DNA of 63,194 nt, filler included, from Octopus bimaculoides (lineage: Eukaryota), in assembly GCF_001194135.2 (NCBI RefSeq). It is 3 parts of 3 records of this genome, joined end to end, with 100 filler letters (N's around TTAATTAATTAA, not from the genome) between each part and the next. Parts side by side here need not be neighbours in the genome. Positions count along the whole stretch, not along the records: positions 1 to 25,233 come from NC_068989.1; 2 more parts are not named here. One strand, written 5' to 3'. Each line of letters opens with the position of its first letter. Positions within the stretch are counted from its first letter, which is position 1. The translations under genes were made by a program, and so were the position numbers. Below, one piece after another: positions 1-12,729 of this stretch. Under the pieces are notes generated by a model, which made no database searches, was not told the origin of the DNA, and saw only the letters and a list, made by a program, of their open reading frames with translations.

Positions 1-495
1 TATATTTATATATTTGATCCTTTATATTGAACACTCAATATTTCATCTACATTCAATACTTTATTTCATGGTGCCATCCATTTTTATTTTATTTTATTTT
101 ATATTATATATTGTATATTATATTATATATTGTATATTCCATATTCTATACCCCACATTGGTTCTGCAGGAATATAAATAAAACATAAAAAACAGACAGT
201 GTTGGAACTCTTTTAAACAAAATAATATATTCCTCTATACACAATCATACAAAAAAAAAACCTTTTTTGTATTTATTTTTACTCGCATATATATATATAT
301 ATATATATATAAATGTGTTTTTGTGTGTATGCAATTGTATATATGTGTGTATGTATTTATGTATGTGAGTATGCTTGTGTGTTAATGCATATTGGTGTAA
401 ATCATTGTATCATAGAAAGATGAAATATATATTTTTCTTCAATGTGTTTTGCTATAAAAAAATCTAATATCTGAATCCAACAAATTAATATTTAT

Positions 496-1145
496 TGTGT
501 AGCCAGCCCACTTATGCGTAACATTCCTTCCTTGGACACTAAACTCGGCTTGTGAAGACCTGTTGAGGCTAGTGAAATCGAAATCGAAATCAATTTGTTG
601 ACTGGCACTCATGCCAACATCTTCATTGAAGACTAAACTCGGCTTGCGAAGACCTGTTGGGGCAAGTGAAAGCGAAATCGTGATGGCACCTGTACCAGTA
701 AATCACTAAGAGCACTGTCCGAGCGTGATCGTTTCCAGAGCACCAGCTGTCTGGCTTTCGTGTCAGGGGCACGTAAATAACACCATTTGAGCGTGATCAT
801 TACCAACATCGCCTTTCTTGTACTTGTGCCAGTGGCACGTGAAAAGACATTCAAGCGAGTTCACTGCCAGTACTGCTGGACTGGCTCCTGTGCAGGTGGC
901 ACGTAAAATACACCATTTCAAGTGCGGCCGTTGCCAGTACCTCATGACTGGCCTTCATGTCAGTGGCACGTAAAAGCACCCAATACACTCTCTGAGTGGT
1001 TGGCGTTAGGAAGGGCACCCAGCTGTAGAAACTGCCAAATCAGATTGGAGCCTGGTGTAGCCATCTGGTTCACCAGTCCTCAGTCAAATCGTCCAACTTA
1101 TGCTAGCATGGAAAGCGAACGTTAAACAATGATGATGATGATGAT
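496..1145 (+). mobile_element. Non-autonomous retroelement with RTE-like 3' tail ending in (GAT)n and internal sub-repeats
   Basis: Ends ...gctagcatggaaagcgaacgttaaacaatgatgatgatg. The same tail recurs at 6321, 8380, 8904, 17662, 23276 and 62187. Internal duplicated blocks aaactcggcttg(t/c)gaagacctgttg and ggcacgt(a/g)aa. RTE link is inference. Confidence 0.7.
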
Positions 1146-1266
1146 ATATATATTTATATAGGGCTTTCCTATAAGTAGGTTATCTCCTTTGGCTAGGCGG
1201 CGCTCCATGTAGACAATTAAACTTCCGCAGACTATCCACGCTATTGTTATTGTTTTACGTCTTATC

Positions 1267-1356
1267 ATGGATATAAAGCAGCTCGATGATTCAGCTATCG
1301 AAGTACTTACTGTGCCTGAGTTAAAGAAATATTTAAGATTATATGGACAGTATGTT
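1267..1356 (+). CDS. N-terminal fragment of a SAP-domain-like ORF, truncated by the gap
   Basis: MDIKQLDDSAIEVLTVPELKKYLRLYGQYV fits the first helix of the SAP pattern (LTVxELKxxLxxxG). The second helix would lie in the Ns. Confidence 0.5.
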
Positions 1357-1720
1357 NNNNNNNNNNNNNNNNNNNNNNNNNNNNNNNNNNNNNNNNNNNN
1401 NNNNNNNNNNNNNNNNNNNNNNNNNNNNNNNNNNNNNNNNNNNNNNNNNNNNNNNNNNNNNNNNNNNNNNNNNNNNNNNNNNNNNNNNNNNNNNNNNNNN
1501 NNNNNNNNNNNNNNNNNNNNNNNNNNNNNNNNNNNNNNNNNNNNNNNNNNNNNNNNNNNNNNNNNNNNNNNNNNNNNNNNNNNNNNNNNNNNNNNNNNNN
1601 NNNNNNNNNNNNNNNNNNNNNNNNNNNNNNNNNNNNNNNNNNNNNNNNNNNNNNNNNNNNNNNNNNNNNNNNNNNNNNNNNNNNNNNNNNNNNNNNNNNN
1701 NNNNNNNNNNNNNNNNNNNN

Positions 1721-1867
1721 TTAACTTCCGCATACAAAAATAAGAGGAATGACCAGCAAAAGTGGACTCCTATATGCTAGAAATAGATGCCGAATCGTTA
1801 TCTATTTCTAGCATATAGGAGTCCACTTTTGCTGGTCATTCCTCTTATTTTTGTATGCGGAAGTTAA
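1721..1867. repeat. Perfect 67-bp inverted repeat with 13-nt loop
   Basis: 1721-1787 is the exact reverse complement of 1801-1867; loop tgccgaatcgtta. It abuts an N gap. Confidence 0.95.
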
Positions 1868-2019
1868 AGCAAGTCACTGAGCATGCGTACATGTCATACG
1901 GGAGAGTTCCAATCAGGGGTGGATAACAACCTTATAGGAACCCCCTATGCATGTAGAAACACTACAATGTAAATTGATCACACTGATTGCTGTTATCTCT
2001 TTTGAAAGGCAACAACAGC

Positions 2020-2050
<31 letters not shown>

Positions 2051-2183
2051 GGTGTTGATGGATGATGATGGTGGTGGTGGTGGTTGTGACGATTTTAGAA
2101 CATTTTAAGCTTTACTATTGACATTTATAACCAGTCTGTCTCATATCCTCTTTAATCCTTCCTTCTCTCTCTCTCATTCTCTC

Positions 2184-2236
<53 letters not shown>

Positions 2237-2789
2237 TCATTTTACTATTCAGTAAAACATTTTTTCTTTTTCTGAAGCAACTACCATTGAAAGAAACAAA
2301 CAAATATAAAAATAAATTTTCTGTAACAAAAGAAATAATAAGAAGAAGAAATGTTGAAAGAAAGGTTAAAGGAAGAAAGCAAAAACAACAACAAAAAAGC
2401 AGAACCCATCCTGTCTCTGTTGCCCCCCCCCCCTCCGCCGTNNNNNNNNNNGTCTCTGTTGCCCCCCCCCCCTCCGCCGTCATTCCAGCTTCCCCATTGA
2501 GAACAATTTTATAGTTTAAAAGACTTTAGAATAAAATTCTTTTATTCTCTTCATTTTACTTTCATTTTCATTCACTTAAATATGTACAAGAGAAAATATT
2601 TTGTACATGTTTTCATTCCTTCTTTCTCTCTACCTTTTGTTTCTGTCTGACTATCTCTTTCTCTCTCTCTCTCCCCACCTTCTCTTTCTCTCTCTAGCCA
2701 TCCCCTTATGCAGGTATACATACACAAACATAGACATACACACTCATACTATAATACATGCGTGCATACGTATCTATGTATATGTATCA

Positions 2790-2891
<102 letters not shown>

Positions 2892-3743
2892 ATTTGTTGG
2901 CTACATTCACATGTATATAAATACACATACACTATCTATCTATCTATCTATCTCTGTGTGTGTGTGTTGGTATCTTTATGTGTAATACTAATACATTTAT
3001 CTGTTGCTTTTTCTCCTCCCCCCCCCACTCACATCTCCCACACCTATTATGCACACTCATGCCTTCACACACATACACACCTTTTACACACACAAACAAC
3101 TGTTTCCCTTTTTTCTTCTCTCCTAATAGTCAATCTCTTTTGTCTCTCTTTGTTATTTCAAATATTTTTCTCTATTCTGCGACTTACTTCTTCTTTGCTG
3201 TGTATCTTTTCTTCATCTGCTCCGATACAAAAGAACATTTACCATTTCTTAATGAAGAAGGAAGGGCTACAATACTAAAATGAATTGTTGTTAATTCTTA
3301 TTCTCTTTCTCATACACTTTTTTTGTTGTTGTTCATCTTTTTCTACTGTAATTTCTTTTTTATTTCAATGTTGTTGTTGTTTTAGAAAGTGGTAGCAGCT
3401 GTCAGATTCAAGTACATACACACACACACATAAACAAACACACACACACAGAAACATACACACACACACATAAACATACACACACACACACATAAACATA
3501 CACATACACACATAAACATACACATACACACATAAACTTTCAAATTCACACACAATTGAAAACAATGTGTATGCAAACATGCACATACACACACACAAAA
3601 CCTACAAGAAGATGAAGCGCACAAGTTCACACAAACGCACACATAAAATAGACTTGCTCATGCATATACACAGAATATATGTGTATCATATATATTTACA
3701 TACGTGTCTTTGTGTGTATGTCTATATATATATTACATACATA

Positions 3744-3795
<52 letters not shown>

Positions 3796-4263
3796 CATTA
3801 TATGTGTGTGTATGCATATATATGCATTCATATGCATGTAGGTGCAAAGACGTACACATGCACACACTTCTTGAACACATTTCCAAAACTTCAGTTAAAC
3901 CAAGTGTGTGTGTGTGTACCTATATCTATAAACATACAGACTATGTACACAGATACGTAGACACTTAAGACACATTTAAATACCTCATTCACACAACACA
4001 CATATACACCACACACAATCACATCACACACTCACAATCTACATACACATGCACACACAAAGTCATTATAACTATCAATGTTTTCTTTTGACATTAAGAA
4101 ATTTTGAAATTTTATCTAAATGTATTTTATATTTTTATATTCAGAAAATTTTTTTCTTTATTTTTATATTAGTCTTTTATCAGCTTGTAAAGTAGGAATT
4201 TTTAAATTTTAAACTACAATGTAAAAAGCTAATGTTATACTTCTTCAACTATTTTCTTCTTGA

Positions 4264-4326
<63 letters not shown>

Positions 4327-4940
4327 TGTTTGTGTGTGCATATATGTATATACGTATGTATGTATGAATGTATGTATATAAAATTCCAAATTCTAAAACA
4401 CGCTTCTTTTTTTGTAAAAATGTTATGTTGCCATCTTAGACAATCCTAATAGTTGAAGGCTAATCAGTAAAGATTTCCACCACTTAAAAGATTGATTACA
4501 AAATGACAAGTTAAAGAGTGTATGTTCACAAACGTGTGTGTGTATTCAGAGCTTGTTTCGTAACCACATTATTTCAAGTTCTATTTCATAGCATTGTGCC
4601 TTGAGCAAATTTCTACTGGAAATAAAAATGCCAACAAATGAACAAATATATAAGTAATGAACAAAATAGATAAATAATACTAAACCAACCTACAGGAAGT
4701 GGGTTGGTCTATAAATAATCGATTGACCTACTTTAGATGAACCTACGAACAGTTCACTTTCATGTTCTGGCTTTCCTTCATCTACCTTGTTGCCCTGGTT
4801 ATAATATTTAAACTCTAAGATAGCTCAGTCCACCTAAAATGTAAAAGTACTTCAGAGTAAGAACTTAATGCATTGCCTATCTGAACATTGTCTCCTCGTC
4901 TATTGATGTCCTGTAGGGAAGTTAATTTTGCTGCTAAGTA

Positions 4941-5073
4941 TTACAGTTGAGGTTTGGTTTCTAAAGATAAAACAGGTTTTAGTTTTTTTTCTTTGTTCCA
5001 TCCTGCCCCCTTCAATTGTGGAAATCTCTGCTGAGCTATCATGGGCACTATTTTTTTCTCTTCTGACAAAAGC
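4941..5073 (-). CDS. Candidate terminal coding exon of an unidentified host gene
   Basis: Acceptor tttatttcatttttag, phase 2, then LLSEEKKIVPMIAQQRFPQLKGAGWNKEKKLKPVLSLETKPQL* in non-repetitive DNA. No homologue recognised. Confidence 0.35.
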
Positions 5074-5299
5074 CTAAAAATGAAATAAATCTATCAGCTG
5101 TTACAAACCATTTTGCCAACCAGACAAACCCTGCACCACAAACTCTTCATGGTGATAGTAGCATGATATGTTGCCTTTCAGTTACATTTCCATCTTGCTG
5201 TAGAAAACATGCTCAGCTGCTTGTCATAGTAAAATGCTTCATTCTGGCAATGGCATAGTAATTGTAGAAAGACTCCAGTCCAAAAACAAGACATCTGGT

Positions 5300-5550
5300 A
5301 ACAAAAAATCCAAAGGCTGTTGAACATTCACCAACCAGTACATGCTGTAAAGCGATTAGCATTAAGAAGGGAACCCAGCCAAAGAAATCATGGCCAAGTA
5401 GACACACAGACCTTCAGATCCATTGAACCCTGTCGAGTGTCCAACCCATCACAGGAGCCAGTCAGGCGGCACTGGCAACGATCACGCTTGAATGGTGCTT
5501 TTAACGTGCCACTATCATGCGTGCCAATCAAGCGGTACTGTCATCAGCCA
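5300..5550. mobile_element. Diverged RTE-tail fragment (+) fused to a 101-bp piece identical to 6459-6559
   Basis: agcgattagcattaagaagggaacccagcc...gtccaacccat resembles the RTE-type tail. 5450-5550 equals 6459-6559 exactly. Confidence 0.6.
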
Positions 5551-5556
5551 CATATA

Positions 5557-5616
<60 letters not shown>

Positions 5617-6215
5617 CACGTATGTATGTATATATATACATACACGTATGTATGTATTCATAGGTGGGTGGTTGCTTTATATTCAAATAAGCTACTCCAT
5701 AACCATTCTGTTTTTAAATTCAATAAAATATTCTCTTGTATTCAGATGATCTCTTGAGCAAACACATGAGGAAGACAATTCAATATAAAAATGAAACACT
5801 AGAAAACATTTTTTATGATCTAGTCTCTGCTTTTGTTGTTGTTCATGTATTTATATATTATTTTTGGGGAATAATTTTTGTACTTCTTTTTTCCTTCTCT
5901 ATCCCCCCTGGGAGATATGTATTGAATTTGGCAAAGTTTCAACTCTTTGGAAGAGATGGGTGCTTTCATTTCTTTTTTTTTTTTTTTTTTTTTTTTTTTG
6001 CTTTTTTACCATTTTTTCAGGTTGTTGCTTTTTTTAATTTTTTTTTTTCACGTCATTTTAAATTTCAAATGATCTTTGTACAATATAAAAACATTATGCA
6101 TCAGAAACAAACCAATAAACATGAATCTTTATTTCTAAAGAATATTCAGTCCCTTCTTCCCACCTCCTCTCGCGAATTATATATATGCATATGTATACAG
6201 GTGTATGTGTATATA

Positions 6216-6263
<48 letters not shown>

Positions 6264-6320
6264 CACACACACATATGAATGTATGCATATATATATGTAT
6301 ATATTTATATCTGTATGTAT

Positions 6321-6559
6321 AATCATCATCATCATCATCATGCTATACTGGCCTGGGTTGGATGGTTCCAATCTAATCTTGCAAAGTTTCTATAGCTGGA
6401 TGCCTTCCTAATACCAACCACTCTGAGAGTGTAGTGGGTGCATTTTACGTGTCACCCGCACAGGAGCCAGTCAGGCGGCACTGGCAACGATCACGCTTGA
6501 ATGGTGCTTTTAACGTGCCACTATCATGCGTGCCAATCAAGCGGTACTGTCATCAGCCA
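6321..6559 (-). mobile_element. RTE-tailed non-autonomous element, same family as 496-1145
   Basis: (ATC)n, then ccaatctaatcttgcaaagtttctatagctggatgccttcctaataccaaccactct, matching the reverse complement of 990-1050. Confidence 0.7.
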
Positions 6560-7031
6560 TATATATATATGCATGTATGTATATATCTGTGTGTGTATAT
6601 ATATATATATGCATAAACTCAGTTTCTACCTATTTATATATATCTATCACATACTACTCTACAAGTGCAGACTCTATCTTATATACATGAACAACACAAC
6701 TCAATGTATTATTTATTTTGCTTACATTTCTCTATTATCCTATATATATTTTCCCCCCTTTCTTCCTTAGAATATTTTCTCTATTTTCTATCATCCATGA
6801 ATTTTCATTCCTGTACAACAATTCTGAATTTTTCCAGAGTTGTTATCCTTGTTGAATAATTACAGATACTGGGAAATTTTCTATAACTAAAACAAAAGGA
6901 AAAAAGAAAAAAAATTAAAAAAACCTTTTTAACATTGCCAAACTTTACCAAATTTCTGCATAAAAATCAGTTTCCTTAGTTATATCAGTGTGTGAGACAG
7001 GAATGTCTGAGAGGAAGAAGTTTTCACTCAC

Positions 7032-7067
7032 TCTTTTAATGCCAACCGTCTGAGACTGCCTTTGATT
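7032..7067 (-). CDS. Candidate small internal exon upstream of 4941-5073
   Basis: Strong donor AAAGA|GTGAGT at 7032/7031 in phase 2, joining in frame to give IKGSLRRLALKE-LLSEEKK. The acceptor (aacaatag) is weak. Confidence 0.25.
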
Positions 7068-7354
7068 CTATTGTTGTGAAGCTCTCATTTTGAAGCATTC
7101 ATATTTAAATTAAAACCTGTCATTGTAGCTTTATGTAAGAACCTCTTTATTCAGTTATTTTCCAAACTCCAGCCTAATAATGAAAAAGTTATTTTATGAA
7201 ATAACCTTTGAAATTCTTGATTGCTTTCAAGATTAATTGTCATTGTCTTTCAAAACAAAAAAAAAAAATAAATGTTACAAACAAGCTGAACATTCCACAA
7301 AGAAAATATCAGGATGAAGGATTTTTGTTTTTTATATTCTTCTCTGTCACTCTC

Positions 7355-7415
<61 letters not shown>

Positions 7416-7611
7416 CACGCACACATATACATTTATAGTGTGTTTCCCCAATTTTTACAGATGTTGCCTACCTTCTCCTCCCACCTCCCCTAAATATTCC
7501 CCTTTACACTCTTGTTGACACCCACTGCTAACCAGTTGCTGCTCCTGATACCTGAGGTGCCATCTGGACACTTCATCACCTCTGCTTATTTCCTTGGAGA
7601 TACCCCTAATT

Positions 7612-8216
7612 GGATCTATTTTAAAACGGGGGCGCCAGTATTTTCTTAACGAAACACTAACGAAACACTTTGAAACTTGGGACACTGGTAGAATGTGTCA
7701 TATAAAACATCTTTTACTCTTAGTCTTCTTAACAAAAAAAAGGAATTCGCAAGTTATTCCATGTTAAAGTTGTCGTATTTCTGTAATTTCAACCAATCAC
7801 TGACGTCTATTCAGCTCAATAGAGTTACTGCTGGGCGGTCATAAAAATGTTATTCCCTGTGACATATTTCATCCGGTTTAATCGTAATTTATACGCATAT
7901 ATTGTTTATATAATAAATTACGCTGTGCGTATNNNNNNNNNNTCTAGAGTTAGGGTTAGTTTTAGGGTTAGGGTTAGGGGATTAATACGATATACACCGT
8001 TACAGCGCTAACTGTTTTCAACTGAATAGACGTCAGTGATTAGTAGAAATTATCGAAATAAGACAATTTTTTACATGAAATAAATTTGAATACAAAAATA
8101 TTTTTCTGTTCTATAACACAAAATAGATAAGTATACGAAGTTTGAAAGTCTTTCGGTACCAAAAACACTACATAAAACATAAATGAAAACTGGCGCCCCC
8201 GTTTTAAAATAGATCC
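7612..8216. mobile_element. MITE with perfect 28-bp TIRs and 8-bp TSD (GG..CC termini, Merlin-like)
   Basis: GGATCTATTTTAAAACGGGGGCGCCAGT at 7612-7639 and its reverse complement at 8189-8216. TSD ccctaatt at 7604-7611 and 8217-8224. Internal inverted aatcactgacgtctattcag pair and TTAGGG repeats at about 7949-7980. Confidence 0.85.
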
Positions 8217-8379
8217 CCCTAATTTTCTTTTTTTCTCTCTTTCTCTTTTTCTCCTAAGTGTGTGTACCCATGTTGCTCTTCTACAAGAACTTGTTCCACC
8301 CCAACTTCTTCCTTTCTTTCTTAACTTCCATCCAGCATAAGGACACAGCACCCTACCTCTCTGAGTTTGTTGACTTGCA

Positions 8380-8542
8380 AGGTACATGGCGATGCCAGTA
8401 GTTCCAATGGTAAAAAAAAAAATAGCACCCGGTATAGTGGTTTGGTGTTAGAAAGGGTATCCTTTGACTCATTTGGGTCCTTGTCAAACTGCCCAACCCA
8501 TCCCAGCACAGAACATAAACATTAACTGATAATGATGATGAT
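8380..8542 (+). mobile_element. RTE-tail fragment
   Basis: tggtgttagaaagggtatcc...cccaacccatcccagcac...gataatgatgatgat. Confidence 0.55.
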
Positions 8543-8903
8543 TTTGTCTGTGTGTCTGTGTGTGTACACAGGTGCTTTAGAGGGTGTGTAGTTCAGATGT
8601 AACCCATGAGAGCACTATATAATTGACTATTAAACTAATTAAAATAAGTACTTTAGAAACCTTTCTCAAAAATATTTATGGCTGAAATAATATGAAATGA
8701 TTTCAATACAAAATCAAAATTAGATGATTTCATTGCAAGGAGGGTTCCTCGTACATCACTTGCCACACATCTCTACTCATGCAGTTTACATTGAGCCAAC
8801 AACAAGCCTCTTTACAGTCACTCAGACAGCTATACACGTCCAAATCACATTCTGCTATCTCATGAGAGAAGGGCCACACTTGATATTACAGTCCTAAATA
8901 TGC

Positions 8904-9330
8904 ATCATCATCATTAGTGTTTTACATCTGCTTTCCTTGCTGACATGGGTTTAATAGATCATTCCTAGTGTCCCAGATGGGTCAGATGGCCATATATTGC
9001 TTTCACATTTCATTTTTGGATTGATATCTATGGCTCAGATGCCCTTCATAACACCAATCACTTCACAGTGTACTGGGTGCATTTTTCCATGGCACCCACT
9101 CTAGAGATGTTGTTATACCCTTGACAAGGCGAACACGACTAAAGGGTCCTCACTATACTGAATACACATGATGGCGACACTAGAGAAGACCAGAGTAAAG
9201 AAGTGATGGACAGCAAGAGCTGGCTAGATGATGATGATGATGATGATGATAGTGAATGAGGAATATTGACATCGAAGGGCCAGTAGGAAGTATAGGGAGA
9301 GTATATGAGCTCCTTTAAACATATATCTCA
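8904..9330 (-). mobile_element. Old RTE-tailed element
   Basis: catcatcatcattagtgttttacatctgctttccttgctgacatggg...cagatgcccttcataacaccaatcac, a diverged reverse complement of the family tail. Confidence 0.55.
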
Positions 9331-10348
9331 AGATGGTGAGAGAGCTTGAGGGAAATGAATGAGAGATGTGAGAGGATCAGCTAAGTGCTGTGACAAAAGT
9401 CAGTAGGATTCAGTTGGAATACTTTCCATCATAAGGTCTGTTCAATTAAAAGTTGATCTGAAGCTATACAACAACATAATTAAACTCTATTCAATATATG
9501 GCTTCTTTATTACACTGACATACCTTTGCCATTGTGTATAATCTCTAGGATTTTTAATCAATAATCCTCTGATTTACATTATTCCATTTCTTTACTGAAT
9601 CCCAATTCTCCCCCCCCCCCTTTTTTTTTCTTTCTTAGACATAGGTCTCCTTGATTACACATTGCTCAGAAAATAAATCCTCTTTGTCAGATTTCATTTC
9701 ATTCTGTTAGAATGGATTTTGTGTGGAGTCATGCTCGAACTGTACAATATAACGTGTTTGTTCTTTTTAATTTCTTCTCTGACAAAGAGCAGCATGAGCT
9801 AAAACATTTAGTGTGTATTGCTTCGTATCACTAACATCTAAATCTTCTGTTTGTATTACCTTGAAAATTCATGCTGATGCAGACCCCTAGCTTGTCTTCT
9901 CTGAAGATTATCTCAAGCCTACCTAATTAGTTAACCATCACTAAACAATCCTATGTAATCAGTTAACTATTGCTAAACCAGCCTGCCAAACAAGATAATC
10001 ACCACTAATCTAATGAGATAAGCATCGCTGTCTACACACTTCAGTGATCATCACTACCAAAATCAATGAGACACATGGATATTTCTTTAAAAATGGAATC
10101 AGAAGTGGCAAGTCTTTACTTACACGTGAAAGTTTTTGTGAATTCTGAAGAATCTAATTTCATATTAATTCCTTCAGTTTTTATACAGAACCAAATAACA
10201 TTTCCAGTATGTAGTAGTAGCCTTTAAAAGGATTTACTGTGGTTTTTTAATCTCAGCTTAGCCCAGGACTGAACAGGAAAACCTATAATCAAAGGCATTC
10301 CAGCCTTGACCATCCCTTCTTCTGTTTGCATACAGTGTGTGTAGGTTC

Positions 10349-10740
10349 AGGCATGGCTGTGTGGTTAAGAAGTTTACTTCCCAATCAATGGTTTGAGTTC
10401 AGTCCCACCCCATGGTACTTTGGGCCAATGTCTTCTACTATAGTCTCAGGTTGACCAAAGCCTTGTGAGTGGCTTTGGTAGACAAAAACTGAAAGAAGAC
10501 CATTGCATGTGTATAAATATGTGTGTGTGGTTTCCTTGTCTTGGCATCAAAGGATAGTTGTAAATAAGTGCTACTGTCATTCATTTCCAATCTTCTGTTA
10601 AAACATGTTTGGCCATGGAGAAATATTACCTTACCTGGAAACATGTAAGAGTGGGCAACTGGAAAGGCATCTGGCCCTAGAAAATCTGCATGAACAAACT
10701 CCACCTGATCCATGCAAACATGAGAAAATGGACATTAAAA
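10349..10740 (+). mobile_element. SINE with family-B tRNA-like head and core plus an RTE-like tail
   Basis: Head ggcatggctgtgtggttaagaag...gagttcagtccc; core tgtcttctactatagtctcaggttgaccaaagccttgtgagtgg shared with family B; ends ggaaaggcatctggcc...catgcaaacatgagaaaatggacattaaaa. Confidence 0.65.
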
Positions 10741-12729
10741 GAAAAATGTTGATGTAGAGGACCACATTTATCCAATGTGACCTTAAAATAGCTGCCTTAT
10801 TTGTGTCACTATTGAAAACAGACGTAAAATGGTGGTGGCCACGGATGGGGCTTAATTTTAGGGAGATTTGGCCATCATTTCTAACATGTTGAGTAACAGT
10901 GCAAGAAGTTTTATATTGATTCCTAAAATTAACACTAGACCACACATTTAAGGAAGGTTATAGTAGGGTAAGTCTGCCCCAGTGTATGACTGCTACTATA
11001 TTTGTTATAGAAGGTGAAAAAACAATGTTGATTTTGGTTGAATTTGAAAATACTACAAAGAAATGTCTAATGTTTTAACAATTCTGCCAATTGATTAGCA
11101 ACTGATATACTTATTTTGCTGTCACTACTACTATTTGTTGTCATCGTTGTTGTTGTCGTTGTTGTTGACAGTGGTGGTAGTGGTGCTACTGCTGCTATTG
11201 TAGTTAAATCCCTATCAGCATTGGCTTAGCAGATCTATGCACAAAAATGTTCCTTTCATGACTGCTTTGTCTAATCTGTGCATCATTTTCTCTTTCTTCA
11301 AGGGACTAGAGTATGTTTTGAGGGAGATTTAGGCTACTATGTCCCACAGATTAAGTGACCACACAGAGGCCTCAGATCTTACTATGACTAACTTTATCTA
11401 ATATATGTAACACAAACATGACAGTATTAATTAATCCAATATTTTCTCAATTTACAAATTAATTAAGATTGCCATTACAGAAACATGGGATTTGTGTGTT
11501 CTGTTACCAAAGAAGCTTTTCAACCAATTTTTTTTGGCAAAGCATCTATGTTCTTGAAACTCTCTAAAATGAGACTAATGGCTATAACGTTAAGAATATA
11601 GATGCCCCTGCAGCATAATGCACCACACAGAAGCAGGACTTAGAAGATTTCATTTCTGAATGTGTTCTGTGACTAGTATTGATTCCTTCCTTAAGCACAA
11701 AGCCAATTCTTTATAGGGAAGAGGTAAAGACTGTGAAATTGACTTTAATATGACATTATTTGTTGCTGTTGTTGCTGTTATTTAGCATCAAATCAGTTCG
11801 GGTCAGAGTGCTATAGTCGAAGCAGGATGAGATAAATGGGTACAACTCTCTGGACAATGATCATTTGGCCTGGCTGGTTGGACGTTCAGCCTATTTTGGT
11901 ACTGGAGGTAAACGCACACATTCATACAGAGAAACATACACATACAGATTGAGAGTGAGAGAGAAGGAAAGAGAGATAGTACACATACAAACATAATTAG
12001 ATGCTCTCACACATAAACAGAGGGAGGGAGAGAGAGATGAGGAGAGATACATCAAAGCAAGAGAGATATTGAAATGTCTGATGTCAAATAAATCAGCACC
12101 AAATCGGTAATGCCAAATTAGAGGTACCAAAAAATGCTGCTCCCAAAATGTCACATAACCTAGTCAAAGACACTTCAGCTTTGACTGTTTTGTCTTTTAG
12201 TCAGACTTTCAGTCTTTTATCCAATGTGTCTTTTTTAAAAAGAATTCCAAAAAAATTGGCTGCTATTTTTGGAAAGTCAAGCAACCATGTAGAAACTTCC
12301 TCATTACCAGTAATTATTTACGGGACGATGACTGAGTTTCCACATTAAAAGAATGTTCTCAAATAGGTTACCAATAAGTACCATTTTCAAAAACAATCAA
12401 GGACTATTCCATACACCTAAGACCAAAAAAGCTTTGATCACATGACACAGAAGCAGGACAAGTACTTCTAGCTGTTGTCAGGGGTTTTGTGAATTTGAAA
12501 TGACAGATTTGATACACAATGCCTTCTCTTAACATTTGAATAATGATGTGAAACAGCTCCACTGCCTCCCCCAAACATTCCCTTCAGATGAAGCATATCG
12601 AATGGATTGTCCAGACAAAAATCTATCTTGCAACCAAGCTGATAACAGCTTCTACTTATCCTCATTCTTGGATGAAAAGCAAATGTCAAATCTACTATAG
12701 CTGGATTTGAACTCAAAACTACCATATTA

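Larger units (their letters stand above)
1161..1945 (+). mobile_element. TIR DNA transposon (ISL2EU/Harbinger-like candidate) with interior in a gap
   Basis: Imperfect TIRs GGGctTTCCTATAAGtaggTTATC at 1161 vs the reverse complement of 1921-1945, GGGggTTCCTATAAGgttgTTATC. TA (or AT) flanks on both sides. Inverted subterminal motif acttccgca. Confidence 0.6.

Noticed and set aside
2413-2480. 29-bp direct repeat
   Set aside because: Identical sequence on both sides of a 10-N gap, which indicates an unmerged contig overlap.
5040-7067. Resemblance of IKGSLRRLALKELLSE to RPS25 (IRGSLARAALQELLS)
   Set aside because: Short chance similarity; the flanking residues and C-terminus do not match.
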